Assembly: GCA_017499595.2 (NCBI GenBank)
Contig: CM039003.1
Span: 868,001 to 932,000 of the forward strand
Length of the DNA: 64,000 bases
Source: Psilocybe cubensis
Taxonomy: Eukaryota
Direction of reading: 5' to 3'
Shown here: piece after piece, positions 26,727 to 40,124 of the stretch
How positions within the stretch are numbered: position 1 is the stretch's first letter
Layout: every line of letters starts with the position of its first letter
Notes under the pieces: model-generated
Told to the model about the DNA's origin: nothing
Database searches by the model: none
What the model saw: only the letters and a program-made list of their open reading frames with translations
Position numbers and translations under genes: made by a program

Positions 26727-29700
26727 TCACCAAACGAAAGCTTTACTCTTGCCATAACCACCAATCAACGAATCCGACCCCATCCTCTGCAACTTTTGCC
26801 TGCTCACCACCCCCTTGACCGGCGACTCATCAGACATAATCGAATCATCGCTCCCTGGATAAGTTGGCTTTGAATCCGGACTCGGACTCTCTTCCCCAAA
26901 CAGCTCTTTCAGAATAGCTGCCTTGCTCGCCGACATCTTCTTGCTCGACCCCATTGACACGTTCACAAAAGGTGCCTTGCGGATGAAATCTGGAGATGTA
27001 ATATGGTGCGGAGTGACTTGTCCCAGATGCGGATCGTCATCGGATGACATGCAGGAAGAAGCGGGATGATCAGAGTCTGAAGAAAGAGGGTACGTGTACA
27101 TTTTGAATATCGGCCGAAGTTTGCGAGGTTTGGGCGGTGGCATCGAGAGTGCAAGTGCAGGTAATGGCTTCATCGAGCTCAAGCCGTAGCAATCCTTTTG
27201 TTCAGAGTCCAGACTCCCATCCGCAGAATGAGGTCGCTTCCTCTTCTTCAACGTGCAGCTGCCTAGCAGTGGACCAGGATTGCTCGCAGCCCGTCTTGGA
27301 ATCTTTGTAAAGTCGATCTTACGAGTGTTGTTGGTAGGGGTAGTGGGCGTCGCCAACTCCGCCGCTGTCGAACTAGACGCTTCATCATCACTCGGGCAAA
27401 CGGTGGTAGCCCTGGATTTTGACGCAGATCCATACACAATCGGATTCCTGACCGCAAAGTCTCTTTCCGCAACCTCCTCCTTCGCCTCTTCTTTCTCATC
27501 GTCCACATTGCCCATCTTGGGGAAAGGCACATCCGACCCAGAAATTAGAGCTGCCTCAACCCACCGACGCTCATCCTCGCTCTCATTACTGCTCACACTC
27601 CCAGTCACACTAGGCACAGGCGACGTCGGTATCCTCGCCTTCTTCGCCACAGGCTTCCCCTTGGGCTTCATCTTCCCCTTCAGCTTCTTACCCGATCCCG
27701 TCGACGAAGCCGGCGCGCACTCAGGAACGTAATCAGGATCATCCTCTTCATCGCTCAGTCTCCTCTTCTTCCCCTTGGGCTTCAACTCCGCAATGCGTTC
27801 CGTAACGGACGCGACAACAGGAACATTGCCCTTATCCATAAACATATTCTCCTTGTCGCTCTTCCTGGAGCTTTCATCCCCATCCGACATCAACCTCCGT
27901 CTCTTCGCAGGAGATGTACACAGCTGAATCGCAGACAACGGCGTCCTCATACCTTCCGACGACGTACCACTCGAGCGCCTTCGTCTACTAGGTGACATCG
28001 GTGTCGAAGGAACAATTGGGAACGCTCCAAACACCTTATGAGGCCGCTGTGGGGACGCTACTCGGGATAGAGCTTCGCGCTTGATGATGGCAGTCGGGGG
28101 CGTCGAGAACGATGCCGCAATCGGCGTACGCGGAGACGAAGGAATAAACGCAGCCGCAAGAGGGAGTGCAGTTGGCGCTGTCGGCTCAGGAGTGGTAGGT
28201 GTAGGGGGTGCTAGGAGACCAACGGCTTGCAGACAATGTGTGATAGCAGTGGGGAGCTCGCTTTCTGGGACGTTCATGCGAGCATAGGTCAACTTCCAGT
28301 AGTCCAAGAACGACTCGGCTGCAACGGCGTGCACTTTGTTCAGGAATATCGAGTCGAGGATGTTGCTCAATTTGTCTAGGTTCTCCATTGACTCGGGAAG
28401 GACTTGAATCCTGACGAGAATGTGCTGATACAGAGGGATGATCTAGAAAAGAAACTATCAGTTATCGACCACATAGAGAAAAGATTGAAACCTTACATCA
28501 TAAGTAAGCTCATGATCCGACCACACCTCACACTCATCTGCCAGCCATAAACACAACCCTTCATCCAGCACCTCCATCAGCCTCAAGCAAAATTGCGTCG
28601 GGCAGTTCTCAATCAAATTTGCCAATGAACGCGCCATCCACATCGACACGCCCTTGACGCGCGGTTCGGGTGGGTAGGTCGCGCGCATCGTCGACGACGC
28701 CAGCTCGAGGACCTGTAAAGGCAAGTCATGCCATTTGGATGGTTCGAGATGTGAAATGAGCAAGTCGACAAGGCGCGTGGAGGGTGCAGAGTATAAACCG
28801 GGTGTTTGGAAATGCGAGACGAAGCTGGCGACTTTGTCGAGTACACTTGCGGTGTCGAGGTCGGCGTCGTCGAGCGCCTTATCTGTAGTGTATTCGAGCA
28901 ACTGTTCCCAGAGGTCATAATCAGCTCCGATGACATTCCAGCAATGGCGATCACTGAAAGAAACAAATATAAAAGCATTCAGCAAAAAGAATCAAAAAAT
29001 GATGCAATAGTAAAATAACCACAAACCTGAACGGCAACCCAAGTAAAACGACACACGCCTCCCAGCCACCCTTGTTTTCCATCCACCTCTTCGTAGCACT
29101 TCTCCAAGCAGCCCTAGAGAAATCCCTATTCCAAATCCAGTTATTCATCTCCTTGCCCTGCCTCACATCCTCCTCAGTCTCCACTCCCCAGAACATCTTG
29201 AACGCTTCCACTTCACACACAGTCAGCACTTCCACACACATACCCACCCACGCCTCTCGCGCGCGCTCGCCCAGCTCTTCCCCTTCCTCTGTTTGGCTTG
29301 TAGTCATACGCGCGATCTCCGGCACGAGCGAATTTTGACCCCATACAAACGCCTCGAGAAGCTCTTCACCCGCCTGTGAAAGAAGTCCAACGGGGAACAC
29401 AGATTTCATCGCGTTCCAAAGGCTGTATATCACCCGAAGACGCAACTCGGCATTGGTGCACGTCGTGCTGCCCGTGTCGGGAATGGTGTCGTCAGAGTCC
29501 AAAGTGGCCGCGGCGGTCTGCTGTTCGGTTGGCTTTTTGGGTCTGAAATCGAGTTGAGGGTCCTGTGCAATTTCAATGAGATATTTGACAGCTTTGGTCG
29601 CAAAATTGCTGATGGTCGCGTCGTCGTCGCTTTCTGTAAAAAAAAGAAATCAATGTTAAATATATAGCGCATATGAAATAAAGGAAAACGAACCTTGCAG

Positions 29701-31986
29701 AAGGCTAACGTTCGCTTCCAACACATTTGTCCAAATCTCCACGAGATTTTCCTGAAGTACAATGATCAGAGACCATACAAAGCAAGAAGAAATAAAACCA
29801 AAACATACAGGAGCAGAATGAACCTCATCAAACATCTCCAGCTGCCTAATGACATTTCTCCAACTCTTCAACAAGCCCTCACACACCCAGTCTCTCGATA
29901 TTTCTTCCCTTGTCAATAGCCTCACATCCCCCGTCTGTGCAACCTGATCATATAGGGGCCTCACAGCCGCACCCAAACTCTTAAACTCGGCTGTCAGCAA
30001 CCCCGGATTGGCAGCGAACAAACCGCGGGGCAACAACAGCGCCAAATCCCAGTCTGCCGGCACTTCATGGCCCGAACGTGTGATTGACGTGATATGCCTC
30101 AGCGCGTCGATCGCGTCTATACATGGGTGCCCGCCTCGGAGCGTCATTGTATTGAGAATGTCGAGCGAGAGGCGGAGAGGTTCATCGGGGTCGCGGTGGG
30201 CATCGTCTAGCTTTTCCGTGTCCTCCCCGAGAAGCGCAGCGATCGTCGAAATCCCCGCCTGCATGTCCACCACGGTCATCATCACTTTACAATGCACCTT
30301 TTTTACATGATCTAGCATTTCTCTCTCAGCTGCTATCTCTTCGTCCTCTTTTATCACCTCCTCCTCTCCTTCCTCCGTGTCTGCAATCAACGGCGGCTGG
30401 AAGTACGACCACGTCACTGTTCGCCACGCGATGCACACCAGTGCACGCACAGAGCTCTTCTTATGTCGGAGCGCAAGACTCAGCAACGCAGAAACGATCC
30501 GATTCACTTTCGCATCTGCACATAGTTTCGAGCGTAGCAGCGCGACGAAACTAGCGAGGACGCACACGGCCCAGACAGGACCCTGCGCAACGTGCGCAGG
30601 CTCGGTTGCGTTTATCGTTGTGCGCAGTGTCCTGACGATCATGGCTTCTTGTGCCTTTGACGGCGATTTGGGATTTGGAGACGTGACAGTGGTGAGGAAT
30701 GCAGCGACCATTTCGGCGATTTTGGTGTGCGTGACAGAGTGTGGCACTGAAGGCGATGTCGATCCAATAACGAATCCGCCGAGGGCATGGCACGCTTGAG
30801 TGCGGAGGGTGAGAGTATTGGCGAGTAAATTCGACAATACCGAAGGTAGTAATGGTGTAAATGCAGGAATGAAAACAGCAGGTAAATATACGCATAGATC
30901 ATGAACAGCCTAAAGGGTCAGGTTAGAGACCAGAACGCGTCCAAAAGGTGGATATATGCACCTTCAAGCCATCGCTGGCAGAGCCTTTCTTGCCCTCTTT
31001 TCCAAGTTCGCCGTCTATTCCACGACGGATCGCATATGCGATTCTGTCAGCAGCCGGTTGAAGCACGCTGGCAGGCAAACGTTGTGTTTGGATGAGCCAA
31101 ATGGCAAGTGCGCAGGTTTTACGCGCGTTGGGTGTTGGTATCTCATCTGCCAATGGAATGGCTAAGATGGCTGTCAAGATCTGACGGAGTTGTTTCTCTA
31201 CAAAAGCAAACTTAAAAAAACATGTTGTGCCTCAGGAGGTTAACGCGTACCTTGGAATACATTATAGACAGCAGGAGTAGCGAGAATAAAAGCAAGTAGC
31301 TTTATAACTGAATGAGAGGTCGTGCACAAATCTCTTGCGTACTTGACTTGTTCTTCCGTCATGCCGCCCTTCTTTTTCGTCGGGCTCTTTCGCGGTGATG
31401 GCAGGGTGAATTTTGGGACTTCCATGGCACATTCGTCCCTTGAGCTGGCCATGAGTAGTAGTGGGTCTACTAGTGCCCGACCAATATCACGTACTACAGC
31501 ATCTACAAACTGCTGAGCATTCTTCCGTAGGGGTTGGAACAAGGGCCACGACGCATCTCCATCCGTAACGTCTGAGACACCACTTCGAAGTCGTGCCGCC
31601 AGGATGTTGTATCCCGTAATGAGGTCGGCTAGAGATTCTGTTTGGTCAGGGCCTCCGTTGGACAGTATGAGGTTCACCGGGTGGGCGAGATAATTTAGGT
31701 CTACGAGAGGGTCGGAGGGTTCTGGAGTGACGTCGCGCGGCTTGGGAGCTGCTGGCAGCTCAAGCATGTTGATTTTCGACGACTTCTTGAGAATGGATTT
31801 AGAAGCATTCGGACGGTGTCGCGAGGAGATGGCTGTAGACTTTGGAGGTGTGCCCAGGCAGTGTATCGAATTTTGGGGTGCCCATACCACCGAGCGCGTC
31901 GATGGCCCAGCGACTGGCGCTGGATATTTGTTCTCTTTCTCCTTGTCAGCTCTATGGGACGAGTTGGGAGGGGTGAGAAGGGACAT
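26727..31986 (-). CDS. RIF1: Rif1 (Rap1-interacting factor 1)-like protein, copy 1
   Basis: N-terminal RSVVW plus KSILK (RVxF/SILK PP1-docking pair), Rif1_N-like HEAT region (DLITGYNILAARLR, VVRDIGRAL, LAIWLIQTQRLP), long disordered C-terminus; multi-exon. Confidence 0.8.
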
Positions 31987-32065
31987 TATGGGGAGCGGGG
32001 GGTGGGGAACGGGGAAGAGACTGAGGATGGAGACGAAAGGAAGAGTGGGAGAAATGGCGGAGACC

Positions 32066-32135
32066 ACGCGTGACGCGACGTATAACTGTAACGCAGTCAC
32101 TCATTAAACGCGCCTTGTTTACGCGTTAGACGCGT
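32066..32135. promoter_or_regulatory. Cluster of MluI cell-cycle (MCB) boxes upstream of RIF1
   Basis: Perfect ACGCGT at 32066, 32121 and 32130, plus ACGCGA/ACGCGC variants, within 150 bp of the RIF1 start. Confidence 0.6.
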
Positions 32136-32459
32136 TGCTTGGTCTTGCTTGTTCGTGTTATTCACATGACTCACACCGACCGTGGAAGGCACGACTTGGG
32201 CACGACCCAGCGCTCACAGCTTTTGCCAATAATTTTGGAACGGCAATGTTTAGTATGAACTATTTTCTACTTTGAAAGCTGACAAAACGTACCGGAAATA
32301 GTGGAAGAACATCAGAAGTAATGGGAATGGCAGCGCCTCGATACTCGCATTACACTGCCCAACATCTACCTTTGCTATCGCCAGCTAACACAGCTCGGAT
32401 CCTCCAAAGTCAAAAGGCTTTACTAGGTCCATCTAAGCCTTGACTTAATTCCCAATCCA

Positions 32460-35400
32460 ATGTCTTCTAACAAAAGGTTTTCCCTGAGATCCAAGAGAGT
32501 TGCTAGCAGCTTAAACACGGACGGTCCTTCATTCACAAACAGTGTCCCAGCTTCGGAGGCCTCTTTTAATCAAATTAATGTCACTGGTAAGCCTGAAAAT
32601 TTACCTTATAAAAGAAGCACCGTTGAATCTTGCAATCGTGCATAAGTCCTTCAAGCCAACAATCTTCCTGCTCTCAAGGACTTGTGGGGGCGTGGCAGAT
32701 CGTTTTATGTCAGAATTGCCGATGGAACAAAGATCAGACAATCCAGCGCCATTCGTAGTCGGGATCAATGTGTAGTATGGAACGAGAAAATGGATGGCTT
32801 GTAAGTTAACTAAATCTGCGACTTGGTCCTCCGTATATACGTCATTAATCGATTTTCTCAGCATTGTTCAGGGGTCGTATATCAGGCTCTCTCTATATGC
32901 CAAAAGGCAGAATGCAAAGGATATTTTAATTGGATCCACTCTAATCATGCCTGCATATACTTCTGGTTTGCCTTGCATCATGCAAGTGTGCTCACTAGAT
33001 CTGATTGATCTCTAGAGACCCGTTTCCCGATACCCAACGAGACAGCTCCTAAACTTACTATCACCCTAAATGTCTATAATTGCCAACTGGTTGAAGCAGC
33101 AAAAACTGCTGTAGGTGATGCTGAAGCTGCGTTTTCGACGATGCACGATCTTGAAGACTGGAAAGGGGCGCTTGATAACATCGAATGGGTTATAGGTTTG
33201 GTCGGTAACATAGCAGGGGTAATGACGTATATCTTCTTAATTGTTTATGTCTTGACCCGTCAAATAGATGCACCCATACACCAAGATAGCATGGAGCGCT
33301 GTGACGTCAATCACCCAGGTAAATTTCCAGCATTGCATTTCGTGTCCACATTATGTATTGATCATACACACAGGCGCTTTCACAACAACTTCAACGTGAC
33401 GAAAACATCAAAAAACTCATCGAATCACTGCGTAGTTCATTTGATTTGGTCCAATCCGAAGACCTTTTGAAGGCTATTACACCAAACTCTAACCAAGCGC
33501 TTATACTCAAAGTGATGCTGCGACACATCGGGTTATGTAGTGAGTTCATTCAACATTACACAGAAGACAAACAGTTTGGTGCGTCGTCCATTCTAGTAGA
33601 GTGTTTTTTATAGGCTTCAATATTTTATTATGATTAGCGACGAGACTGGCGAGAAATCTGTTTCGCGGAATTTCCAAAGAAGTTCAAGACCTATGCAACA
33701 CCCTTGCTTCTCTACGTCAAGATTTACTGGACAACGCTCTTATTTCCACACAGATCACCGTCGATAAAATTCAACGAAACATGGATATAATACCAAAACG
33801 TCTTGCAGACTTTGGTGCGTCTGTCTCTCCTAGTATCATAAAATCAGAGTTTACAAGCAGCTGTCGATCTATACACAGATATTGACTCAAAGCTGGCTGA
33901 ACTACCCTACAAATCAGGTTGGCGCTCGATTTACAGTGTCGAAAGAAGTGGCTGCCATCCAGGGACACGGGTTGATCTTTTGGAATACGTCACTCGATGG
34001 GTCGACGACCCTTCGTCGAAACCAGGCCTGGCTCTTTTCGGCCAAGCAGGCACGGGAAAATCAACCGTTGCTCACGAGCTTGCCCTACGCTTCCAGCTGT
34101 GCGATCGTCTTGCATCATACTATTCCTTCTCCCGCAGCGATAAATCCAAACACGAGGATCATAGTCTTTTGACGACTATCATTCACGACCTCTGCAAACG
34201 TTACCCATCCTTTAAAGCAGCCGTAGGAGAGCGCATCAAGGTTGATATATCACTCCGAACCACGAATAGCCTCGATTTGCTATTTGATTCACTACTAATG
34301 GATGCAATGTGGGAGGTAAATGCTGAATATCCGATCCTTATTGTTATCGACGGCTTGGACGAAAGTGCGAATCCACTGGGTAAAACTGGACTCGCTGCCT
34401 TTCTCGCTCGATTTCTTGGTTCACTTCCCTCATATTTTCGCATTTTTATGACTTCCAGGTTAGATGGAAATATTAGACAATTATTAGCCAACGCGCAAAC
34501 AGGGGCATGCGAGGCCTTGGACATCAACGACCACCGATTGACCACGACTGATGACGACATACGACGCTACTTCCAAGATCCAGAGAATCTCACTCCTCGT
34601 CTGTACCAGCAATACGGAGATGTGCTCGTCGAGAAATCAGAGGGCCTCTTTCAATGGGCATCGGTGGCCTGTAGACATATTAAAGAACCTCCGCCTGGGT
34701 GGACAGAATCCGACTGCCTGCGCGGCCTGCTTAACCCAATAACAAGGGAGAGCAAGGAATACAAACACGAACTCAACCGCCCATTATACGCGCTGTACGA
34801 TAGCGTTCTTTCAGGGTACTTTAGCACTGAAATTGCACGCCGCCGATTTCGATCTGTCATAGGCCATCTCCTGGTTGCGCCCGTGCCCTTCTCTGTCAAG
34901 TCTCTTACAAGTTTGCGACAATTTTCTTCGTCTCCGGATCAGGATGATCCAGACTCTGTGCTTGCAATTGTCAAGCACCTTGGCTCTTTGTTGAGCAACG
35001 TGGCATCATCAGAATACCATGATTTACCCATTGTCCCCCTCCACACCTCTTTTCGCGACTTTCTCACACATGGAATCACGGCAAATAACCCTTTTTTCAT
35101 CAACCTCAACTCCTCCCATCGCGAGTTGATATATGCCTGCTTAAACGTCATGCTACGGGAACTCAGATTCAATATATTCGGCGTCTCCACATCTTACTTT
35201 GCTAACACTGAAATTATGGATCATGCTCAAATCGGAACACGCATTTCGCCAGCTTTATTTTATGCGTGTCGTTATTGGTACAAACATTTGAAGCGTCTGC
35301 CGTTCGATGATTTCATTTTTAAACAAGTCCAGTCCTTCCTTCAAGAAAAGTTTCTATTTTGGCTGGAAGTGCTCAGCATAGCAGATAAATTGCCTCTCGC

Positions 35401-37822
35401 CATGCAAGCCTTTGTAATGTTGAGACGATGGATAGCTTCAAATTCGGGTGTCAATGTAAGCATATACCTAATAACTAACTATCAAAGCCCTCATACCGTT
35501 CGCGTTTAGACAGCTAGCAACCAGTTTAACGAACTCGCAACAGATGCATTCAAATTCTTACGCTATTTTGCAACGCCCATTTCACGGAGCGTAGCCCATA
35601 TCTATCTATCCGCCTTGCCATTCACGCCGACTTCATCCAAAATATATCAAATTTATGCCTCCCAGTTCTCCAACACTGTTGCACTTGAGTTTGGTCGACA
35701 AACTGACTGGCCCGCACTGGAATTGTCCATTAACACACAAAGCACCGTTTACTCAGTAGCCTTCTCCCGAGACGGACATTATATCGTAACCGGCGCCTCT
35801 AACAGCACAATATGCCGATGGGATACTACGACGGGCAGAATGGTAGGTGAACCGCTCACCAGGCACACCGGTCCAGTGAACACATTGAAATTATCTCCAG
35901 ACGGACAGCTGATGGCGTCTGGCTCAGGTGACGGAACAATCTGCATATGGAACGCATCATCTTGGGAGCTGGAACGAGGGCCACTGCAAGGACACACTCA
36001 GGACGTCTATTCCGTCGAGTTTTCTCCCGACGGACAGTGGTTAATCTCTGGTTCAGAAGATGCAACTATTTTGATATGGAATGTGACCACAGGAGCTATA
36101 CACCAAGGACCTTTTACTGGACACTCGAAGTGCATCAACTCAGTTACATTTTCCCCAGACGGGGCGACCATCGCGTCCGCCTCGTCAGACCACGAAGTCC
36201 GTGTCTGGAGTGCCTCGAACGGAGAGTTGAAGCAGACCCCTTTTACTGGGCACACTCGTGAGGTGATGTCGGTCAAATTCTCTCCAGATGGGCAGTACAT
36301 CGTTTCTGGCTCCAAAGACAGAACTGTCATCGTATGGAACGTGTCCACTGGATTAAAAGAGCAAGGCCCCCTGATTGGACACATCTACGATGTAACCTGT
36401 GTAGGATTTTCATCCGATGGCACACGCATTATCACTTCATCATACGATAATACAGTTCGAATTTGGAACAGGAAAACAGGAAGACTTGAGCATATCCTAC
36501 ACGGGCATGTTAATTGGATCTACTGCCATGCGTTATCTCCAGATGGTCAAAGAATTGGCTCTGGGTCCGAAGATAGAACATTTTGCATATGGACAATACC
36601 TGGTACAGAGCTTGGGTTTGGCAATGAAGGACGGGCTTTGGCTTCTTCAGAGAACAACACCGTTACCAGACATACAGACACAGTTCGCTGTGTCGCGTTT
36701 TCACCTGACGGGAAACACATCGTCTCTGGTTCTGACGACCGCACGATCTGCATATGGAATGCTTCGACAGGAAGGCTCGAGTCAGGTCCGATAAAACACC
36801 ATACTTCAACTGTGTTTTCGGCCGTGTTCTCTCCAGACGGTGAATGGATCGCAACTGGCTCTGGGGACAGATCTATTCTGTTAATCAATCCATTCACAGG
36901 AGAACGAAAGGGATATCAGGAACCTGGATCTGCCAATGCCTCGTCATCGGAAAACTTACCTTTCACTGGGCACACGGCATACATTCGATCAGTCTCATTC
37001 TCGCCTGACGGGCTTAGACTTGCCTCAGGATCTCATGATCAAACAATTAGAGTGTGGAATGTGAACACGGGTGAATTGGAGTTAGGCCCACTCATAGGAC
37101 ACAACGACAAAGTAGTTTCTGTGCAATTCTCACCGAACGGCGCGATTATTGCCTCTGGATCGTGGGATGCCACTGTGCGCTTGTGGGACTCGTTAACGGG
37201 AGAGTTAATAAAAGAACCATTGAAAGGGCACAAAGGCGGAGTCACCTCGATCGCCTTTTCACCAGATGGGACGCAAATCGTTTCCGGGTCTAGTGACCGT
37301 ACTCTTTGTGTTTGGAATGTATCGACAGGGATATTGGAACGAGGGCCACTTGCAGGACACACCAGCTTCATCGCATCAGTAACATTCTCTCCAGATGGTA
37401 GCCAATTTGCCTCGGGTTCAGATGACTTGACAATACGCGTATGGAATGCGTTAACGGGAACCCTTGCATACGTTTTACCCACCGGGCACACTGATATCAT
37501 CCATTCTATAGCCTTCTCGCCAGATGGTACTCGAATCGCTTCTGGTGGACAGGATTCCACCATTCGCATCATGCCTGCCTGCGCAATCAGCCCAACTGGA
37601 ACAGAAAGTCATCTCAATAATTCATCTGTCATCGACCCTGATGGATGGATTCGCGGAGAGCACAATGAACTCGTGCTTTGGGTTCCATCCTTGCACAGAG
37701 CAGGTTTCTATCGCCCTTCGTTCCCTAGTCTAATCATCGGTGAGAACCAGTTTCGGTTTGATACGTCGAAATTCGTTCATGGGGAGAACTGGACTGCATG
37801 TTATACTGGTCATCATATTTAA
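32460..37822 (+). CDS. NLR-like STAND protein: C2 domain - Goodbye-like helical domain - NACHT - about 14 WD40 repeats (HET-E-like)
   Basis: Spliced N-terminus VLQANNLP...FYVRI...VVWNEKM...IRLSLYAKR...DILIGS (C2); HPYTKIAWS; CHPGTR, Walker A GQAGTGKS, Walker B ILIVIDGLDES, GLFQWA; repeated GH...FSPDG...SGS.D.T..W units. Confidence 0.9.
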
Positions 37823-37936
37823 ACCATGCGAAACTTTCACAGTTGTTTGATTGCAACCTTCAGACTCAAAAAGTGAAGTAAGACCCAAAGCAGGTGAAAT
37901 AGCAATGTTATAGAAATGACATGAAAACGCACGCGT

Positions 37937-38936
37937 CTATGGTAAACACGTACGGTTTCTCAACCAATCTAAACATGAGCACACGTCAGTCAAGTGTTGC
38001 ACCTTGAAGGTATACAAAAAGACATTTACCAATCGTCACATCCTCCAGATGGTCGTCAAAGTCACCGAACGCAAAATGCAGATTCTGGTCTTGGACATAT
38101 TTGACCGCTTCTGATGGTAGGTTCGGCGCGCTCAGCTGGAATTTTGACCCCGGCGCGAAAGGCGAAGGCTCGCCTGAGACAGGCCGCCATGTCGTTGTTG
38201 CAGCTAATGGGTGATACGGCTGAAGATTCGGATGGAAGATTAAGTTACAAGCCAATATAGTAGGGTGTAGATCTACGTACCACCAAAGCAACTTCACCGT
38301 TGCCAATTTTTTGACCATCAATCTACCCCAGGCAAAAGCGAGAGTAAGCCGGTAGGAAACACCATCATTGCACGACTGCGACTGTCGCGAGAACGTGGAC
38401 GTACCACAAAGGCAACTGCATCCTCGAACCCTGTCCTGATCCTGCTCGCAACTTTCTCTCCAACAGGCGCAAGTGACGTGTCGTCTATCCGCTCACACCC
38501 CTGGTAGTATCCCACCACCTTCATGCCCGACGTTTCGGCGTGTTGTGTAGCCTATATATCAGGGACAAAAGTAATTAACTTCACGCCCCTTCTCACTACC
38601 AACACCTAGAGCACATCCCAAAGCATAATAACACGAAGTCTATTATCTCCAACACGAATTACCAACCTCGTTTCAAGTTTACGATCGGCAGATTGAACCA
38701 ACACCAGACCCAAATCATATTAAAGTACTCACCAAATCTAATCCAATCTCCATCATCGGGCTTAGACTGGTCCAATGATGTAAAAGCGGCACCGCGTCCA
38801 ATATGCTAACCTCTCCCTTCTCCCCCTTCTGCGTCCCCAGGAACACGCCATTCACCGGCTGATGTGGATGTTTCGCGGCATGGAAGAAGACTTTATAGTA
38901 CGCCTCTGGGTGGATGGTGTATAAGGGCTTGGACAT
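37937..38936 (-). CDS. ER membrane protein complex subunit 8/9 (UPF0172)
   Basis: FFHAAKHPHQPVNGVFLG, DAVPLLH, VVGYYQ, DFDDHLED, terminal exon DWLRN...CLP*. Confidence 0.88.
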
Positions 38937-40124
38937 GGCGGGTCAGATGAAGGGGTATCGGATATAGAGATAAGAATGGTTTATATAAGGCTAGTGCAGT
39001 TTGCACAGGATATTAAGATTCTAAGGGCAAGTTGAAGTGAAGTCGCGAGCCAGGCAGTGAGATCACTGAAGAGTACGATGTTTGGAAGGGAGGCCGGCGC
39101 ACTCGTTGGGCAAATACGCGATCTAGATTATTGAAACTCCGCGTCGCCGCTTTAATCCTATTTTGTTTTTCCCAGTTTATTTTGGTCTGATTTAACTGCT
39201 TCCAAGTATCGAAGGTGATTTGGTACTATTAAATTGTGTAAGGCCCAAACGCGTTGACTTTTGACGGGTTGGTTGATAGCCTGCCAACACCTGGCGGATA
39301 TAATAGAATGAAACTGCTGGAGATAGGCAGGAAATTCATTGATGTACGACGCGAACTCGTATGCCGTAGCACCTCACGGCAGTATACAATGCTCGGTTCC
39401 TTCGTATCGGCGCACCACCCAAGGTCCTACGGAGCTTCAGCGCGCTAACTTCTCAATCATGGGACCTTTTCATTTATTATGGACAGAATCAACTCTGGTC
39501 TGAGAAATTGGGAAATAGAATGGAAATCGTGACGATATCGCATGCAGGACTATATTTACATGTATGCAGACATTTGGTCTTGGGACCTGTTGATTAAACT
39601 AGAACTCGTATCAAGAATGAGCAAAATCCAAGCGAGAACTTATGAAGAATTGAAACGCAGACCCTGAAGGATAAAAAGCAATGTCAAAGAATCAGGTAGG
39701 GGATAAATAGGTTTTGAGATTTGAATTGGGGATAGGTGCGATGACATGGGGTGAGACCCTCCTACTGACATCTGCGAAAATGGATTGATGGACTAAAGCT
39801 GCATTCAACTCGTTGAAACGGATGGAGAAAGTGCGATGCGTGTTGTAGAAATGGACATGAGTAACTACCTACTTAAAATGTCTGCAAGATGAAGAAAGGG
39901 GAAAAATGGTTGCGTGATAGAAGTTGTTAAGAACGAAAAAAATGCGCAGATTAAATGGTTCATAGCTCGCAAGCAGAGAGTAGTAAATGTCGTCAACCAA
40001 ACCGACTGGTAGCCTTTTGAATTTAGGCTTGCGGGCAAAGGGTAAGATGAGACCACCCTCAATTGACAGTGCAAATGTTGAGGCAGATAGATCCAGAGGC
40101 GTTAAATCGGATCGTGAATCGTTA

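Noticed and set aside
35779-37572. Repetitive minus-strand ORFs
   Set aside because: Antisense shadows of the WD40 repeats.
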